A stretch of DNA of 64,000 bases from assembly GCF_964204645.1 (NCBI RefSeq), contig NC_134034.1:13963062-14027061 (forward strand), given 5' to 3'. Source of the stretch: Tubulanus polymorphus (taxonomy: Eukaryota > Animalia > Nemertea). This document shows positions 35,230 through 57,574 of the stretch, piece after piece (the stretch's first letter is position 1; every line of letters begins with the position of its first letter). Below the pieces are notes generated by a model. It saw only the letters and a program-made list of their open reading frames with translations, searched no databases and had not been told where the DNA came from. A program made the translations under genes and the position numbers.

Positions 35230-35614
35230 TTTTAATGGTTCTATATCAACTTCATGACCCCTTCTTAATACCCGAGAAGTTTCAGAGCCCTAGGGCCACT
35301 ATCAAGGTCGTGCCGGAAGTTAGAAAAAGGTCGTTTTTCAGGTCTTAACTTAATGCATTTTCGCGAATTATTTGACACTGATTTTCGCGGTTTGAGCAGG
35401 GGACGCCTAGGCTCAACGGAGCCCCGCGACCAGGATTTTAATGGTTCTATATCAACTATATGACCCCTTCTAAATACCCGAGAAGTTTCAGAGCCCTAGG
35501 CCACTATTAGGGTCGTGCAGGAAGTTAGAAAAAGGTCGCTTTTCAGGTCTCAACTTAGTTCATTTTCGCGAATTATTTGACACTGATTTTCGTGGTTTGA
35601 GCAGGGGACGCCTA
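35230..35614. repeat. ~206-bp tandem repeat, 1.9 units
   Basis: TTTTAATGGTTCTATATCAACT at 35230 and 35436. Confidence 0.85.
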
Positions 35615-35991
35615 ATTTCTAACAAGTAATGACAATGTTATGAAATTTTCATGACAGGTAATGACGACGACGCAATTTTATCAACAATGATTCTCTTTAA
35701 TTGTTTTTTTATAACACAATTCGTTTATTTATCCAGTACACGCCGCTTTATTGCGTAGCGTTGCAACAGATGTAGATAAATTACCTAAGTTCACAATCCA
35801 TGAGGGAGATAGAAACATTTTAAATAGTTAATTGTTAATTCTGGGACTGGGTGTCATCGATACGTGTAATAACGAATGCCGTGTTATGACTTGTCATCGT
35901 ACAATGTTATGACATTATGACATTGTCATAACAAGTCATAACATTGTCATAACAAGTAATGACAATGTTATGAATTAACGACATAGTAAAA

Positions 35992-36114
35992 TTAACAACT
36001 AAAAGCCTGCTTAAAAAAGTGTGTTTTCAATGATCTTTTAAAACATTCAACCTTTTCAATTGAACTAAGAGAACTTGGTAAAATATTCCACACGTTAGGA
36101 GCATTAACTCTAAA
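35992..36114 (-). mobile_element. L2/CR1-group LINE ORF2 C-terminal remnant
   Basis: Translates as FRVNAPNVWNILPSSLSSIEKVECFKRSLKTHFFKQAFSC*, matching the typical L2 ORF2 end (AP..WN.LP...FK..LKTH.F..AF). Confidence 0.8.
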
Positions 36115-36671
36115 CCCAAGATGCCTTCTCAGGGCTTCCATACTTATTCAAATATTTCAACACCGAAAATTCTGATATTTCACCATACTTCACGCATAGG
36201 TTTTTAAACCGAATATATTTTGACAGTTCTGTTTTGCAAGCTCGATCCAAAACAAACGGGTATCAGTGAAATATAGTACTGAAAAAGTTGAACGAATTCT
36301 GGTCACTTTCACTAGCGTTAGGTGGATGAGAAAGGTTTAATTTATAACTGGCGGCAATCAGGGGTCCGATTAGAAACTGTTATAGTCAGATAATGATAGC
36401 GGATATTCTTAGTGAATAGAGTCACCTGACTGGTCAATGTTTAACTATGTTCTCAGTTTTAGCATAAATTGCCGTCAAGATAACTTATGATTTCTTTATC
36501 CTCTAATTTAATTCTCCACGTTTCAGTGTGGTAGTTATTCCGGTATTTACCACCCATCTTACAATTTACTGACGTCGATAAATTTAGACGTTTTGTCAAA
36601 ACTTTTACCGACGATGTTTAGATTCAGTCGGTGAAAACTCTGTATTCTTTCTCAAATATTAAACAAAATCA

Positions 36672-36675
<4 letters not shown>

Positions 36676-36703
<28 letters not shown>
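36676..36703. repeat. (TA)n microsatellite
   Basis: Direct reading. Confidence 0.9.
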
Positions 36704-36706
<3 letters not shown>

Positions 36707-36927
36707 TATATCTGAATAGTATGAATCTTCGGTAGGCTCATTTAACATGAATTCAAAAAGGTATTTTATCTTTAATATTGGCGTCTGATCTTTTCAATTT
36801 CTAATTGTTTTTTTCAGAAATCATTCGAATTGGAATCGCATTCAGGATTAATATAAAACGTTTCTGAAACTGAATTCATACACACACACACAGGAGTCGC
36901 AGAATCTGTAAGGTAGGAATAAATATT

Positions 36928-37147
36928 GATACGATACGATACGATACGATACGATACGATACGATACGATACGATACGATACGATACGATACGATACGAT
37001 ACGATACGATACGATACGATACGATACGATACGATACGATACGATACGATACGATACGATACGATACGATACGATACGATACGATACGATACGATACGAT
37101 ACGATACGATACGATACGATACGATACGATACGATACGATACGATAC
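36928..37147. repeat. (GATAC)n pentanucleotide microsatellite, ~44 units
   Basis: Direct reading; source of the YRIVS/IRYDT ORFs. Confidence 0.97.
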
Positions 37148-37209
37148 CACACCTGACCGGTCACTGGTTAACACAATGACCAGACAAACTAACAAACTGC
37201 GTTAATCGT

Positions 37210-37741
37210 CACTGGTGTATGGTCTAGTGGTTAACACGCTCGTCTGGCATGCTGTTGGTCGCAGGTTCGAGTCCTGCTAGGGTTAGGGTTACGGTCGATC
37301 TAGGGTTAGGGTTAGTGCCTCAAATTGGGGCTAATTTTTGGCCCAGCGAGGTATTTGTAGTACGATGATCATCTGTTTGACTCGGGTTGTTTTTTGGTCA
37401 ATAGATTCTATACTAACTTATATATTTTGAACACATATATTTGCTTTATCCTTAGAGGCCGCTTTATTTAAAAGATACTTCGCTCAATACAGTAGTTTAT
37501 TTCTGAATGAATAAAAGAGTTGGTGACATTATTCAATATATATAAAAACCACAATATCTACTTTACGGTTGGTATGCAACAATTTCCACTCTTTTCCATA
37601 TAGGTGTCGCTTTGGATAAATGTCTATATCTCTTGGCCCAATGGACCGATTACGATTAAACTTGATACACAGGAACTTTTATCAAGTAGCACTCGGGGTG
37701 GGTGAAATCGCTCTAGGTTGAAGTTACACTGTCCTAAATTG
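37210..37741. repeat. Unit A fragment equivalent to ~9350-9872
   Basis: tRNA-like head, TTAGGG motifs and the following sequence up to GTCCTAAATTG match copy 1. Confidence 0.9.
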
Positions 37742-39649
37742 GGTTGGCGAGCCAGGTGCTATTACCTATTGTTTGGGCCTATTTTGCCTTTGTTGAGGCT
37801 ATTTCATGATTCCTGTCGTCCCCTAAATGCCATTTTGGTGGAAAAAGGGTAATTTATTATTGGCGTCGATGGGGTCTTAATAGAGAATTGTTGTTATCAG
37901 AAAAATGATAGCGTTTCGACAGTTTACAAATAAGATAAACTTTTTCGACTTTTACAGAAGTAAACCGTATGACGTAAACATCAAGCGATTAAAATATTCA
38001 CTTAAGTTTTATTCAGCAAAAAATCATCGAGTTTATTTTGTACGTTACAATTAAGTTCTTCAATTAAACAACTTAGCATTAAAAAATGATGGTTGGATTT
38101 ATAATTTTCAATATAAATGGCGGAACTTACTTTTTACAATATTGAATAATTCGATGGTTTAAAAAATACTAATAGAAAAGGAGAAATGGAAGATGAAATG
38201 AAATAATTTTCAGATTGACTCGAGAGATTGAGATCTTCTGGTGTTCTACATCTTATGTTCAAAATACACGTATTTATTATAGTGGTACCTGGTTTATCGT
38301 GGGCTGATTATATGTACAGTCCGTCTGATATTCAAAAGGTTAACTAAATCTGGTAAACATGTAGTCCAAAACCTGGGCCCTATAAGTGTCACTTTCGTAA
38401 TCTTAATTTGCTCTAACTGACATTGAACCACATAACTACGTGATAGGGGGAAATGTTCGTATTCTCAAAGCGTGGATTCCCGAACATCATCTACGGTGAA
38501 TCAAACAGTGAATCGGTCGATACCGTATACAACTAGTGAAGATTGAGAAATTCAAATTTGATCAGTGTCATTAATTCAAGTCAATTACAGATAATACAGT
38601 CGTCTGTCAACAAAACGGTTACTATTATCAGTCACCAGCTGTCCTTGTACAACAACGCGCGTCACACATATAGACAATACAGATGTAGAACGATAACCAC
38701 ACTCAAACGTGATGAACGGATAATAAGATAAAATCCCACTATTTACAGATTAAAATAGTGGGATTTTATCTTAATACAGATGTTTATTACTGAAGAAATT
38801 GTTTTTTAATTTCGAGGTTTTACTTGAAAAAGCCGCCATCTTGATTTTGACCTTTTAAAGAACATTTCACATTTAAAATGTAGTTTTAGATTTAAATAGC
38901 TATATCAGGAATAAAACACGTTATTGATAGTTTATATCATTATGATGATATTTATGTAAAGAAGACAGGTTCTGTTACGGGTGATGAAGCTCTGCAGTTT
39001 TACACCCGGAGACGGTTTAGGACGGCGTCCAGAATAGACTGAACGAGCTCCAGAGTGTGGAAGGTTTTTCTATTGTATCGAGTTTGCCGGGTTTTGATCG
39101 TCAGTTTGTACGTAAACATCTACCATGATTTGTGGAACTCGACGTATTGTATTCTAATTTATATCTTGAGTGTAAAAAAAAAACGTGAAATTTATTTTAG
39201 ATTAACACAATGTATTTCTCAAGTTGAGTGTGAACTGTTGGTTTGATCTGAATGCTGTGGAACACGATATCTGAGTGACTGTTAAAACCCTTCCATGATT
39301 GGCACTGTCCCCCAGAGATGATTTTGGTAAAACCAGTGTCTCTGGTAAACTTTGCATCATTCATAATCTACTCAACCAAAATGAATAAACTTGAAACCAA
39401 ATTTTAGAATCTACTGGGCTTCATTTCTGAATGATTGTTGTTTGTTTTGACTGGTGCGTTGTCGTGGTGATGGCAAGGTGATATTCTGGATCCGATGTCT
39501 GGAAAAATAGTAATTCCTCAAAGCAGAGCCAAATTTCATCCTGAAATGAATAACTACACTTATTTTCATCGATATGATAATGAAATGAGTTTATTTGAGC
39601 AAAATACTTCATAGATATTCATCACAGAAATATAGAATTTGTCGATGTC

Positions 39650-41830
39650 GGCCGCGCCCCGCTGATAAACTAGGTGAAATACCTATTGTGAGTCACCGAT
39701 TAAAGTTTTTAAGTTTCTTTGTTTGAAATACCGGTATTTTATTGGGAATATTTTTCACATAATTCTTGAGTGAACTATTGCACGGAAATCGCAACAAATT
39801 CCTAATTTCATGGTTTTATTTCCCGCAACTATCAATTCGGAGCGGCATTTAAAGTCTACCGCGGACACTATCGTGAACTCTTTAGTTGGTGCCCGGAGCG
39901 CTAATGCCCCTGAGTCCTAGTCGACCTCGATCTGCGCGGACTACAGAACTAGCCCTCCCAAGTGGAGTATGTCCCATTTAAGAATGATGGCGGACGAATC
40001 AATCGAAATTTACACTTGAAATATTTAGAAGCTTCTCTTTCAACGCAGAAGTGACAGAATGTCTTCAAACCATTTCAACATTGAAATACAGTAAGTAACT
40101 TTACTTATGAATCGAATACTTTTGTTGTACGGTTGAAGGTGATTCGAGATGGAAGGTGTCGGAACACAGGGGCTTGTCGTCACAATGAATTCCGATTTCC
40201 GTCACAATTTGATAAACGGATGGATGACACCAGTTGCCAGTTTCCCTATCTAGGTATGACTGCAGTTTAGGTGTCCCTAATGGTATGTACCTAACCTTAC
40301 CATAACACTATTCTTTAATAACACTAGCGCCACCCAGTGGATAGGTGACCCAAACTGCAGTTAGCCCCCCTATCTATATAAGGATACTGGTGTGGTCCAT
40401 CCTCAATCAAATGGTGAGAAGCTCCTGTGTGTTGGACATAAAACCGCCATGTCGAGCTAATGCGTGTAAAACTGTCGGCCGACATTCAAGATTCAATTAG
40501 TAAAATGTATATCTAGTGTGGATTGAGGCCTAATATAAACTATTATTATCAATACAGATGGAGCATTTGAGCATTTTGACCCCAGTATCCTAGGTACTAT
40601 ATATAAAAAGACTGAGGATACTGGGGTCAAAATCTTTTTGTGTCAAGTCCCTGTAATTGCTATCAACACAGATGGAGAATTTGACCCCGCGGATACCCTT
40701 GATTTTAGAGTGCTTTCTCTGACAGGTTTCTATGTTTATTTCAGGGTGATGCTCTACTAATTAACTGCAGTCATCAGGAAGTTCAAGAAATAACTGTTTG
40801 CAATGAAGTGAACAAGTGATCCCTCGATTCAGGTAGATATATCTTAGGCCTTAATCACAGACCTCTAGAAACTAAATAGTTTCAGTGGTGTTTTAAAACC
40901 GAGTTAACCAAAATCCAAGCAGGTTTTCAGCGCCGTTCTCAAATCATTGATGCCATCATGATTTGAAAGCTTGTCAAAGATTGCGGCTCAATTTACTGTG
41001 TTTGGGACTAAACAAAAATTTTGCTGCGATGAAATTTACTGTGGAAATATCAAACATGTTTGAATGGTGCGATTCACCTGCTGCTGAGCAACGAACACGC
41101 TGAAAATTTCATTGTGAAATCTGTAATTTCAGACGGTGTGGGAATAAATTCATATAGTGTTCCCTGCTCTAAGTCTGAACCAATTTACCGTTAAGTCTTG
41201 TATGAAAAAAGATTGTAACACTGAAAATTCTTGGCACTAAAAGCATTTTGAATCTTGTTGAATCTGTTTTCATTTTTTATCTGATGAAGAAATAATGATT
41301 TTCAGTGTTTTGTATTATTTCAGATGTAGGCGTAACGCTAGAGTTTTGTTTATTCTACTCAAAAGAAGATGATGTTTAGATCAGGTTTGTTTAGTTACTC
41401 TTATTCATGTCGAATATTTGATATGATTTTTGTGAATTGCTCTAATGATGTTATAATGAACGTTGTTTGATTTATTTTCAGTCTAATGGAGGAGGATCTC
41501 AATAACTGAAACCTGCGACACGTCTACACCTGATATTGACTGCGCATCAAATGAATGAATTATTGAATCTAAATGACTGTGATGTTTCATGCTGATTGGA
41601 GGATTTGGAGGAATGTCTCAGGTTCGAACCCAATGACTGTGTTGCGATGTCCCAGGTTCAAACCCAGTGATTCTGATCAGATGATGAACTAAGGTGTCTT
41701 ATTACTTCACATACATTAGTTACATGTTCGCCACCTCTTGGAATTTTGCTGAACCACTAAATTACTGGAAAAGCTAATTGCGACGGTTGGCAAAATGAGT
41801 TACATATCGCAGGCGCCATCTATCGGAAAT
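39650..41830 (+). ncRNA. Putative spliced non-coding gene in unit B (also in copies 2 and 3)
   Basis: Plus-strand acceptors at 40048, 40744, 40930, 41323, 41481 and donors at 40091 (GTAAGT), 40833 (GTAGAT), 41385 (GTTTGT), largely kept in all three copies. The joined exons hit stops and indels shift the frames. Confidence 0.45.
40253..40367. mobile_element. 115-bp MITE with 9-bp TSD CCCTATCTA (Mutator/Merlin-like)
   Basis: Imperfect TIR core ACTGCAGTTT/AAACTGCAGT; empty site in B3 at ~62243-62251. Confidence 0.8.
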
Positions 41831-44800
41831 TTGAGTTGTGAACTTTTGATCTGAACACATTTTATCACAAAATCTGAGTGACTAAAAGCCCTTCAGGGAT
41901 AGGACAGTGAAATTAACCATCAGTACTGAAACTCTAACTTTGCATCATTCAAAATCTACTCAACCAATATAAACAAACTTTTAACCAAATATAAGAATCT
42001 ACAGGGCTTCATTTCTGAATGATTGTTGTTTGTTTTGACTGCTGCGTTATCATGGTGATGGCAAGGTGAATTTCTGGATCCGATTTCTGGAAAATTAGTA
42101 ATTCCTCAAAACACAGCGAAATTTCATACTGAAATGAATAACTACACTAATTTTCATTGATATGATAACAAAATGAATTTATTTGAGCAAAATATTTCAT
42201 AGAAATATAAAACTTGACCTCGAATGATGATACTGGAGGCCGTAATGTTGAGTCCGGGTGACCCCTAGATACTTCAGACCTCACAGATGATGATGAAAAC
42301 TGTCATGAAAACTGTGTTCTCCCCTTCTTCAGAATCAAGCTATAAATTAAGAAAAGATATTTGCATTATTTACTTAAAAAGTGTCATTATTGCTTAGGCT
42401 ACATTCTGCTTTCATCAATATCAATATCTATAAGCCTATGTGCCCCTAGAGGAACCTTATCTATTTTCTGAATTGATAATCAATGGAGTTTCAATGCACC
42501 TTATTTCTTATGCATAATCTATGGGAAATATAGAATGAAATGTATTCAATGAATTAAACTCTTGTGTCCATGATTCGAACCCTGTAACTTGCCATTGGCT
42601 GTTGAAGGAGAGAATTTTTCCCGGGTTCCAGCGTCCGCATATTTGACACCAAATTTCTTTCCAAAATTTTCCTTCCATACAAAAACTAACTCATTTTTAC
42701 TATAGAATCAATCTTATATAGGTCTATGTAGTGTTAATGGAAATAAATAGAAATATATTTATAAATAGACGATTATTTCTCGATATTATGGTCTGATGGT
42801 GTATGGTCTTCTGGTCTCTTCTTTTCCCTGGTTTAGGATAACACGGACACGCAGCAGGAAAACTGGAATAATCATTTGTCACATCCCAAACACCCCGTCC
42901 CCAGACGCGCATCCGCATGTGGTATAAGTCAAACCTCGGACTACATAAATTGCTACCTGGGTTCAAGTTGACATGTTTGATTGAGTTTGGACACTTATTC
43001 GATCAGTAACTTTGAGCCTTTATTTCGCTTCGATAGAATCGAGAGAATTTTGCCCTCCATATGATTTCTACATAATGATATGCTGCAGTCACATGTATCA
43101 TATTATCTCGTGCGCGACGCCGTCTATGAGATCACAAACATAGACCCGTCCAGTGAGAGGGTAGTGCCATCTTCAAGTTCCTTTTTTACAGATATCATTA
43201 AAAACGGCGATGAAAATTAATAAACACCTCTAAAACCTCAATCAGTAAAGTATCGAGGATGGAACTATCCCCGGCTCGATATTTCAAGATATATGTAACA
43301 AATGGACCCATCCCGCATCCGCTGTCGCAATAGCTCATCCCCCTATTGTTGCAACACAATAGAACACGCCACAATTGAAATATCCCGCGCACTAGCAATA
43401 GACGATATCCCCCAATTGAGATCGATTAGCCAATCAGCGGCCGCGTACTGGAGCGTGCCTGGACTTGTCGCAGGCGCCGGGAAATTCGATTTCATCGAAT
43501 AAATCGTAATATCAGTCGAATCGTGCGCCATCTTTCGCTATTCTGATTGGATTTCACTCGGAAAGGAATTAATTCAATCGGGAATCGTATGTTCATTACG
43601 GAGAAATTGTTTTGGAAAGTTTTAAGATTGTATGAACTGAAAAAATTGGAACGATTTTCAACCGAACTTCGATAGAAAATTTCGCCTGAAAACTGGATTT
43701 TAAAGACTTGGACACGGAATTAAATTGACTCAGGATTGGATTAACTATGAAATAACTGGATCAGGTCGGAAACTGGTGAAAAGTTGCAGTTTTGTAGGTA
43801 GGAAAAATTTCTTAATATCAACGAATGTAATCATGTTATTTAGGTTTTTATAGGGAAATATATTATTATCATTATAGGAAGTTTACAAATATCTTAAACA
43901 TTCAGAACGCAGGACATAGAACTTCACTACCCGAATTATATACGTAATCTAGTATATAGTTCGTTGATACGTTTCCAAAACTTTCAGCCGTTTATTTTTC
44001 TTACCGATTCTAAATACCCCTCCTTTTCAAATGGGCTAGATATAATATTTATATTTTGTTTTTATGCGTGACTCTTGCATGAAACTTATTTTTCTTAAGT
44101 CACTTGAACGTGATGATGTTGAGCAGCAGGGCTTTCAAAATATAAGTTGCGGCTATGTCAGCCGTCGCATCCCACTCTAGTAAGAATCCTGCGACGGCTA
44201 TGAAATACCTCGTCTGAGGAATACAGATTTTTCGTAAGTCAAATTTCATTCATCACTGCACTCAACACTAGTTTGTTAGAAATTAATAACTGTACCATCA
44301 TTAGAGCTTTAAGGAGAGTAAATGGTATGATAGAATCTCCCTAATTCCGATCATTGGGACCAACAAAATTCATCCGTTTTGCGGCAAATCCGGATTAAAA
44401 GTCATTTTCGTGTATAATTAATGATTAAATGATTAAATTAAATGATTAAATTGACAGTAAATATTATCCGGATTAGACCAAAATTCGGATTAAGCCGATG
44501 CGGATTAAACGATTTACTTTGACTGTATCAGCCAATAGAATCAGTCTTGGAATACAGAAAGACGTTCACGATTGAGTTATGTACAAATACCGATATGAGA
44601 AAAGCTTAGATTCACCTCCTAAGCCATCACCCATGGAACTGGCCCCAGGGCACTAAAAAGGCTATTACCAAGAAACAAACACTGACGCGAGTGTTGGCCT
44701 GTTTAATAAACGCAGAAACCCAAGTGTTGGCCTTGTACCACACTGACCACACGTATTCACAAACATTGTCAGCCACCAGAACTCAGCGGTCTAGTGGTTA

Positions 44801-46242
44801 GCGTGCTCGGCTGGCATGCTGGAGTTCGCGGGTTCGAGTCCTGCTAGGGTTAGGGTTACCGTCGATCTGGGGTTAGGGTTAGTGCCTCAGGTTGGGGCTA
44901 ATTTTGGCCCAGCGAGGTATTTGTAGTACGATGATCATCTGTTTGACTCGGGTTGTTTTTTGGTCAATAGATTCTATACTAACTTATATATTTTGAACAC
45001 ATATATTTGCTAGGGGAGGCCACTTTATTTAAAAGATACTTCGCTCAATACAGTAGTTTATTTCTAAATGAATAAAAGAGTTGGTGACATTATTCAATAT
45101 ATATAAAAACCACAATATCTACTTTACGGTTGGTATGCAACAATTTCCACTCTTTTCCATAGGTGTCGCTTTGGATAAATGTCTATATCTCTTGACCCAA
45201 TGGACCGATTACGATTAAACTTGATACACAGGAACTTTTATCAAGTAGCACTCGGGGTGGGTGAAATCGCTCTAGGTTGAAGTTACACTGTCCTAAAATG
45301 GCTTCAAACAACGTGAAATTGGTAGTTAGGCCTACTACGAGTACGGGTAGAACACAGTTTGAAATCGTATCGTTGTAGGTTATCGTAAAGAAGATGTATC
45401 CGTTAATACGACGATTAACAGTACAAATATCGATATAGACACGGTTTTAATCGAGACATTGATCGCCGGGTTTAAACATTCCTGGATATGACCATGTTTC
45501 ACAATTAAATTCATCTTCTAAATGAGGACGACCATCGATCACGTGTCTAATCGCATCATAATGGGTACGGGGTGTCCCGCGTTCGAACCAAGTAATTACT
45601 GATACTGGTTCAGAGTGGTCTTGATACTGAATAGAGGATGTACAGGGGTATCCCGAGTTCGAACCCAGTAATTACTGATACTGATTCAGAGAGGTCCCGA
45701 TGCTGATTAGATGATGTACAGGGGTGTCCCGGGTTCGAACTCAGTAGAGGTCCAAGTTGTCCTGATGCTTGATAGAGGATGTACAGGGGTGTCTCGACCG
45801 TACGGTGCTGCCGCTATGCTCATCGTTAGCGGGATTTCCATATACTAACTGAAGTCAACTCTGGCAATCGTCGTGCTGTCCAGTTATACTCCGTTACCCT
45901 TGCTTGCCAGAGTTGACTAACGTTAGTGTATGAAAATCCCGCTACCGATGAGCATAGAGGCAGCACCGTACGGTAAAATGTTGATATCTTAACAAAAGTA
46001 ATTACTGATAAATGATTCAGAGCGGTCCTGATGCTGAATATAGGATGTAGAGGGGCATCCCGGGTTCAAATCCGGTCTATTGGCACTGATTCTGATTGGT
46101 CCTGATGCTGAATGGAGGATGTACAGGGGTATCCCGGGTTCGAACTCAGTAATTACTGATACTGATTCAGAAAGGTCCTGATGCTGATTAGATGATGTAC
46201 AGGGGTGTCCCGGGTTCGAACCCAGCATTATTCTAGGTTGTT

Positions 46243-46401
46243 GGGATCATTCATTTATTACGTACGCATAAAATTTGAAATTTTCAACCCCCTCCCCCTC
46301 TGTACGCAAAATCGGCCATTTTCTCATATACATTAAGCATTACAGTACGCAATTGCATTGACCCCCTCCCCCCCTAATGCGTACGTAATAAATGAATGAC
46401 C
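46243..46401. mobile_element. 159-bp MITE with 3-bp duplication (possibly Zator-like)
   Basis: TIR TCATTCATTTATTACGTACGCAT/ATGCGTACGTAATAAATGAATGA; absent at the equivalent site in A5 (~57510). Confidence 0.8.
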
Positions 46402-47009
46402 GTTTCTCGAAAAATGATTAAATAACGCACACACGACTTACAGCAAAATTTATCTATATTTATTCCTCATTGTCATGTAATGCACCTGCCTTTTTAAGAA
46501 TAGTAGTTGGACCATCGAATTGAAACCCTCGCATACCAGGGTGAAAAAGAATAAATGAATCCCTCGAGTGGACACCAGGGGTCGCAGTTTCACAAAAAAC
46601 AATCCATTTTTTAAATGAATTTGCGAAGAAATTGATCAAATCTCACAAATCTTTGATGATAATTAATCCGTCGGTAGGATTTGGTTTTATGATGCGGGTT
46701 TCAATCAGATTTAGATGCCGCAGTTTCGCACACTGAATAGCGAGTGTCCAGTTTCATAGAGAAAGGATGAATCAATTTCAACTAGGGATTTAATTTTTTC
46801 TTCAAAATAAAATGTTTGAACGCAATTGGTTCGTGAAACTGTACCCTAGGCTCAGTTTCTTCAAAAATATTCATTTATTGAGACGGTAAAGTCGAATTGA
46901 GTAAAGTTTTTTTGAGTTAATTATTTCTATGAAACTGAACCCGTGGGATTTACGTGTGACGCACTGAGTGTGTGTGAAACTGCTGGCGTCTGTAATCACA
47001 ACTAAAACA

Positions 47010-57574
<10,565 letters not shown>

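Larger units (their letters stand above)
32739..35230. repeat. 18-bp minisatellite GTACTGTGTACCGACGGA in three blocks (32739-33005, 33851-34180, 35028-35230)
   Basis: Direct reading; it is the source of the PTEYCV/RRSTVY ORFs. Confidence 0.95.
39150..42450. repeat. Unit B, copy 1
   Basis: Collinear with 57575-60270 and 61657-64000; it also has an internal diverged direct repeat (~39230-39640 vs ~41830-42215). Confidence 0.9.

Noticed and set aside
39230-42215. LTR retrotransposon or TRIM reading of the direct repeats in unit B
   Set aside because: No TG...CA ends, PBS, PPT or TSD were found, and the repeats are quite diverged.
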